From positions 3,100,001-3,164,000 of the forward strand of contig OX597826.1 of assembly GCA_951406725.2 (NCBI GenBank): a DNA stretch of 64,000 bases. Direction: 5' to 3'. The DNA comes from Octopus vulgaris. Lineage: Eukaryota. The notes under the pieces were generated by a model, which saw only the letters and a list, made by a program, of their open reading frames with translations, ran no database searches and was not told the origin of the DNA. The translations under genes were made by a program, and so were the position numbers. Shown here in pieces: positions 58,641 through 64,000 of this stretch; the first letter of the stretch is position 1; each line of letters starts with the position of its first letter.

Positions 58641-60530
58641 ACGGGAAGTTTTACGAAAATAAACAAAAGACGAAGGCAGGTGGAGTACAAACAATCAAAT
58701 GTATTAGTATGGCGCTCAGGAATAGAAATAGAACAAGTCTTTTACGTTTCGAGCCTACGCTCTTAGACAGAAAGATACACAGAAAAAAAAAACAAGGAGA
58801 GAAAGAAATGCGTGTAGGAGCTAACGATCTATCATGGCGTTCTGACTTCGGGCAGAGGTCAGAGTTCAGACGCTAGAGGGAGAGTAGGGGAGATAACAGG
58901 GTCAAGTGACTTCCAAAACGAAGGTGCCCCCAACACAAAGGTGCGTGTGTGTATAAGAGAGTATTTATGTGCGTGTGAAAGAGGGCTGGTGGTCTGGACG
59001 TGTGTATGTATGTATGTGTGGGTGTGGAGATGTGGGGATGGGAGTGTGGGTGGTGTGTTGTGATGTGTAATGTTGGCGGTGTGCTGTGGATGGTGTGTTG
59101 TGATGTGATGTGTAATGTTGTATGGTGTAGTGTAGTGTGGTGTGATGTTGTGGGGAGGTGGAGGGCGAGAGTGGGGGGCAGCCCATGTGGGGTGTGGGTT
59201 CGGCTGGGGGTTGGGGTAGTGTGGGGTTGTGGGGAGAGTGATAGGGGAGAGAAGAGAGGATAGGGGCGGGGAGGGGGAGAAGGGAGAGAGGAGATGAGGG
59301 GGAATGATGAGGAGAAGGAGGGGAGAGGCGGAGAGGAGGAGGAGGGGAGGAGGATATGGGAGAGAAGGGGAGTGAGGAAGCAGAGAGGGAGAGAGAAGGG
59401 AAAGAGGGAAGAAGAGAGAAGAAGAGGGAAGAAGGGGGAAGAAGGGGAAGAAGGGGGAAGAAGGGAAAGAACGGAAGAGGAAGGAAAGAGAGTAGGGGTG
59501 AAAAGGTGAAGGACTGATGAGAAGTAGGTGTCAGAGGGAGGTTAGATGAAAAGGGGGGGAGAGTTGAGAGCAAATGGCGTAAAAGAGGGAAGAGAGAAGA
59601 TTAATCCCTGTTCACGGCGCAAGCGGGAATCCGGATGACCTCTGTGCAGGGACAATCCGAACACAGACAGATGTTGCAAGGAGTGACCGGTAGAGCGGAA
59701 ATGGCGTGAGACTGGAGTGTCATTGGCGAGGCGGATGTCTCGGAGGTGTTCCGCGAACCGGTCAGCCAAGCAGCGTCCCGTTTGTCCGATGTACAGGGAA
59801 TGGCTGAGAGAGCAGGAGATGCAATAGATGATATTGCTGGAGGTGCAGGTGAAGGAGTCGATGATGCGATAGGGTCGATGATGGGTGCCGGTGAGGAGGG
59901 TGGTATTGGAGAGGTAAGGGCAAGTGCGGCGACGTGGGCGGGAGCAGGGGAACGAGCCAGGTTGGGAGGTAGTGTCAGGGAAGAAGCTGTGGACCAAGAG
60001 GTCTCGTAGGTTATGGGCTTGTTTGAAGGAGGGGGGGGGTCGGTTAGGGAAGAGGTGTGATGTGGACGGGTCGGACTGGAGATGCTGAAAAGCTCGAAGA
60101 ATGGTGCGTTGGAGAGGTAGGGTCGTGGGGTGGTAAGTGAGGGGAAAAGGGATGCGGGAGACTGCAGGGCGGGTTCGGGGGGAGAGAGCAGATGCACGGT
60201 CTACGGAACGTGCTCTGGCAAGGGCAGTGTGGATAGTGGTGAGGGGGTATCCACGTAGGATGAAGTGGTGAGCTATGAGTTGAGACTAAGTCTCAAAGTC
60301 ATGGTTGTCACTACAGAGCCTACGTAGACGGAGGAATTGGGAATAGGGGATGGAAAGCTTGGTGTGTTTGGGGTGGGAGGAAGAGAAGTTTAGGTAAGAG
60401 TGTGAGTCTGTGTCTTTCTAGTGAATGGAGGTGGTAAGAGTGGAGTGAGGATTGCTGACCGAAATGTTGAGGAAGGAGACAGAGGTGTTGGAGATAGTGC
60501 AGGTGAAGTGGAGGGCAGGATGGCGGGATT
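58641..60530 (-). mobile_element. 5'-truncated Penelope-like retroelement (Neptune-like): RT C-terminus, GIY-YIG, CT-rich UTR and pLTR
   Basis: HPALHFTCTISNTSVSFLNISV...SHSYLNFSSSHP..SIPYSQFLRLRRLCS..RGYP (with stops and frameshifts); ORF 59542-59997 has NIIYCISC..LYIGQTGR..DRFAEH; ends in (TA)n. Confidence 0.92.
59542..59997 (-). pseudogene. PLE Cys-rich linker and GIY-YIG endonuclease domain
   Basis: FPCSRPRRRTCPY..FTCTSSNIIYCISC..YIGQT..RFAEH..PVSRHF. Confidence 0.85.
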
Positions 60531-60560
60531 TAAATTCAGTATAGAATATATTTATTTAAG

Positions 60561-60618
<58 letters not shown>

Positions 60619-60686
60619 TCAATAAATGGTGGGGTTGTGTTGACCGCACGTGGAGAAATGATAAGTAAGGAAAATTTTTTTTAAAA

Positions 60687-61403
60687 ATGTGTGTGGTGTT
60701 AGGTTGGGTGGTTATCAGTGTAGTGTTGTCTAGTTCTTTGGCGCGTTTTATATATATATATATACACACCACACACAACCTCAAAATACTTCCATACATT
60801 TCCACCCACAACCCCAAAAATATCGAAGCATACACCACAATCATACAAAACCTCAGTCTACTGTCAACAGACCCAAAAATGAAAAACATTATAAATACAC
60901 ACAAAATCCTCAAATGCAAAAGGCAACACAAATCTTTAAAAAAACTCTTGACAAATGCCAAACGTCACACACCACATCCACCCCCAACAGTAAAAAAATG
61001 TGCACGCTCAAACTGTGGTACCTGCCCCTTTCTACTTGAAGGCTCTGAATTTACCTTCAAACAAGGTACGAAGTTTAAAATCAAGACTAACTTCTCCTGT
61101 TCCTCCGAGAACCTTATCTACGTTCTCACATGCGCTGGTTGCCAACATAATTATGTGGGACAAACGAGTCTCCCGTTACGTAAACGAGTAACGGTGCATA
61201 AAGAACAAATAAATCTCCCGGAATACCGACAAATTCCACTGAGTGACCACTTAGACTCATGTGCTAAAGACTTAAACCCCAAATTCTATATATTCCCCTT
61301 CTACCAATGTAAAGACGGGATCACCACACAGGAGAGAATTAACAAGGAGAATCTCTTTATTGAAAAATTCCAAACACAACTTAATATGCAAACTCCTCGT
61401 TGA
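60687..61403 (+). CDS. PLE C-terminal fragment with Zn-knuckle linker and GIY-YIG endonuclease; open frame but 5'-truncated (homology starts ~60780)
   Basis: LPYISTHNP...KSLKKLLT...KCARSNCGTCPFL...FSCSSENLIYVLTCAGCQHNYVGQT..LRKRVTVH...KENLFIEKF. Confidence 0.85.
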   Translation: MCVVLGWVVISVVLSSSLARFIYIYIHTTHNLKILPYISTHNPKNIEAYTTIIQNLSLLSTDPKMKNIINTHKILKCKRQHKSLKKLLTNAKRHTPHPPPTVKKCARSNCGTCPFLLEGSEFTFKQGTKFKIKTNFSCSSENLIYVLTCAGCQHNYVGQTSLPLRKRVTVHKEQINLPEYRQIPLSDHLDSCAKDLNPKFYIFPFYQCKDGITTQERINKENLFIEKFQTQLNMQTPR

Positions 61404-62172
61404 TCAAACTTCCTTTCTCTACCTCACTCTTCATGGATGGACTAACACAAATATATAAAGATACCATGCATTCACCACTTCAAGCTAAAACTTATATTCT
61501 TTAAATATCATTTTCACTATTGTTGTTGTTACTACTATCATTTTTATTATAAATGATATGACAATTTGAAATGCAATTGTCTATGCAGTTTTATATTATT
61601 AGAAAATAATATAAATAAAGTGTTAAAATCTGAAAGTTAAGTTAACAAGCAATTATATAAAAAAGATAATGCAAATGAAGCTAAAATGATAGTTTTATAA
61701 TTTGGGTTTTATTGAAGAACTCAAAAGAGTTGTCTCCCCTTACTCACAACACAGGAACTGAAGAACCAGGACCACAATTACTACTACTTCCTGTCCTGCA
61801 ACATGCTGAATTTAACAACACAACACATCACATGCTATTAATCCCTTTGGATCTTAACACCTCAAGGTAATTTTTTGGTAAACAACCATAAAACTCAAGA
61901 TACACAACGAACTCACAATGTATCGGAGAACTTATTTTTTAATTTTTGTACATTTTTATCATTATTCTTTTACAAAAAACATTGCAATTTTCTTTTTTTC
62001 CCCTTTCTAATTTTTAAAAAAACTTCTTAAAACATAAATATTCTTGACAAGTCATACATTGACGAAAACCGGTTGAATAAATATATATATTTATATATTT
62101 TATCATTTTCTCATTTTATTAAAATTTTCTTTCATTTGAGCATTCTGCATTTAAAAAAAAAATTTTTCCTTA

Positions 62173-62175
<3 letters not shown>
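60765..62175 (+). mobile_element. Second 5'-truncated Penelope-like element
   Basis: GIY-YIG ORF, AT-rich 3' UTR, hammerhead-like motif at 62039-62079, ends in (TA)n; short inverted copy of its 3' end at 60663-60689. Confidence 0.85.
62039..62079 (+). ncRNA. Hammerhead-like fold with U3-A8 core variant
   Basis: TATTC-TTGACAA-GTCA-tacat-TGAC-GAAA-ACCGGT-T-GAATA. Confidence 0.55.
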
Positions 62176-62235
<60 letters not shown>

Positions 62236-62292
62236 CATATACATACATATATATATGTGTGTGTATGTGTGTGTGTGTATGCGTATGTATAT

Positions 62293-62359
<67 letters not shown>

Positions 62360-62362
<3 letters not shown>

Positions 62363-62780
62363 AAATAATAGCTGGAAAATCAATACAAAAAACATTTCAC
62401 AAAGATATATATGTAAAATAATATTGTATTGAATAATATATATAGTATATGCAATTATATAAAATAAGACAGTTTAAAAGTTAAGTATTTATCGCATCTT
62501 ACGATCGTTTCGCAGGAGTATTGTCCTTTATCAATCTTGGATTCCATTATAAAGACAATACTTTTGCGAAAAGATCGTAAGGAGCGCTAAATACTTACCT
62601 TTTACAATGTCATAAGTTATATATTTTCATATACAATACATATTTTAATACAATATTATTTTACATATATATCTATGTAAAATGTTTTTTTATAATGATT
62701 TTCTTGCTATTATTTCAAAATATCTATAACAGCTCGTATTAAATGTCTAAATACTTTAATCATATTAATACTTTGACACA
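62360..62780 (+). mobile_element. Fold-back element with ~180 bp arms and hammerhead 3' half
   Basis: 62360-62537 inverted at 62540-62718; minus-strand GAAA-CGATCG-TA near 62500-62511. Confidence 0.75.
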
Positions 62781-62875
62781 TATATACAAAGAGCACACAT
62801 TTTAAATTCAGTATACTATAGCCTCATGGAATATATTTATTTAAGGGTATATATATATATATATGTGTGACCTCG

Positions 62876-63174
<299 letters not shown>

Positions 63175-63273
63175 TATTAGCAAATAATCAAACAGTGAAA
63201 AACATAAGCCAATATATAAAATTAATTTAAAAATATAAAATTAAAGAATTAATTAAATAATTTAAACTTATAA

Positions 63274-63307
<34 letters not shown>

Positions 63308-63848
63308 GTATATATATATGTATGTATGTATATATTTTTAATATTATTTTATTTATTAATTAATTAATTTATTTATTTATTTATTTTTAATTTTTAATTT
63401 AAAAAAAAATTTTTTATATATATCAGAATTATTAAAAGTTTAATAAAAGATAAAGTGTACTCTTTATTTTTTATTAAACTTTTGACATATATGAAAAAAA
63501 TTTTTTTAAATATAAAAAAATTAAAAAATTAAAAATAAATAAATAAATTAATTAATTAATAAATAAAATAATATAAAAAAATATATACATACATACATAT
63601 ATATATTTGTATATATATATAAAATTTATAAGTTTAAATTATTTAAATAATTTTTTATTTTTAACTTTTATATTTTTAGATTAATTTTATGTGTTGGCTT
63701 ATGTTTTTCACTGTTTGATTTGCCTAATAGTGGTTTTATCTCTAATTTAATATGATATAATATAAAATATTTATACTATAAAATTGGAATTAATCTTAAA
63801 TCTAATTTTTGCCTGTAAGTTTGGATTTATTCCCTAATATTATTATAT

Positions 63849-63850
<2 letters not shown>
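63175..63850 (+). mobile_element. AT-rich fold-back element with ~275 bp arms plus tail
   Basis: 63175-63455 inverted at 63462-63729; tail cctgtaagtttggatttattccctaatat also found at ~5987-6016. Confidence 0.75.
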
Positions 63851-63905
<55 letters not shown>

Positions 63906-64000
63906 CATATACATACATATATATATACATACATATAAATGTATGACGGGCTTCTACCATATACATTTTTTTTATCCACTCTATCGGAACAATAGAACTG

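Noticed and set aside
58965-59573. 202 aa Pro/Ser/Leu-rich ORF and opposite-strand ORFs
   Set aside because: Low-complexity CT-rich 3' UTR of the Penelope-like element

Overview
AT-rich, microsatellite-saturated eukaryotic DNA with no recognisable host protein-coding exon. The SINE repertoire and a mollusc-type 5S sequence point to an octopod cephalopod (inference). Nearly all ORFs in the track are translations of (TA)n, (CA)n, (AAT)n or (GAT)n tracts. Real content: three tRNA-headed SINE groups (over 20 copies), two copies of a ~510 bp non-autonomous Helitron, decayed Tc1/mariner elements and a mariner MITE, R4/Dong-like, RTE and other LINE fragments, and two head-to-head 5'-truncated Penelope-like elements (PLEs) with GIY-YIG endonucleases. 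There is also a 5S rRNA pseudogene split by an insertion, a tRNA-Met pseudogene and a ~925 bp tandem duplication. The most interesting signal is a dispersed set of short non-coding fold-back elements, mostly sitting in (TA)n tracts. Many carry minimal type I hammerhead-ribozyme folds, with apparent compensatory changes at the core 3-8 pair (C-G, U-A, G-C), a shared downstream motif and a shared terminal hairpin. They look like non-autonomous PLE pseudo-LTR or retrozyme-like elements. All calls were made by eye and coordinates of diverged repeats are approximate.
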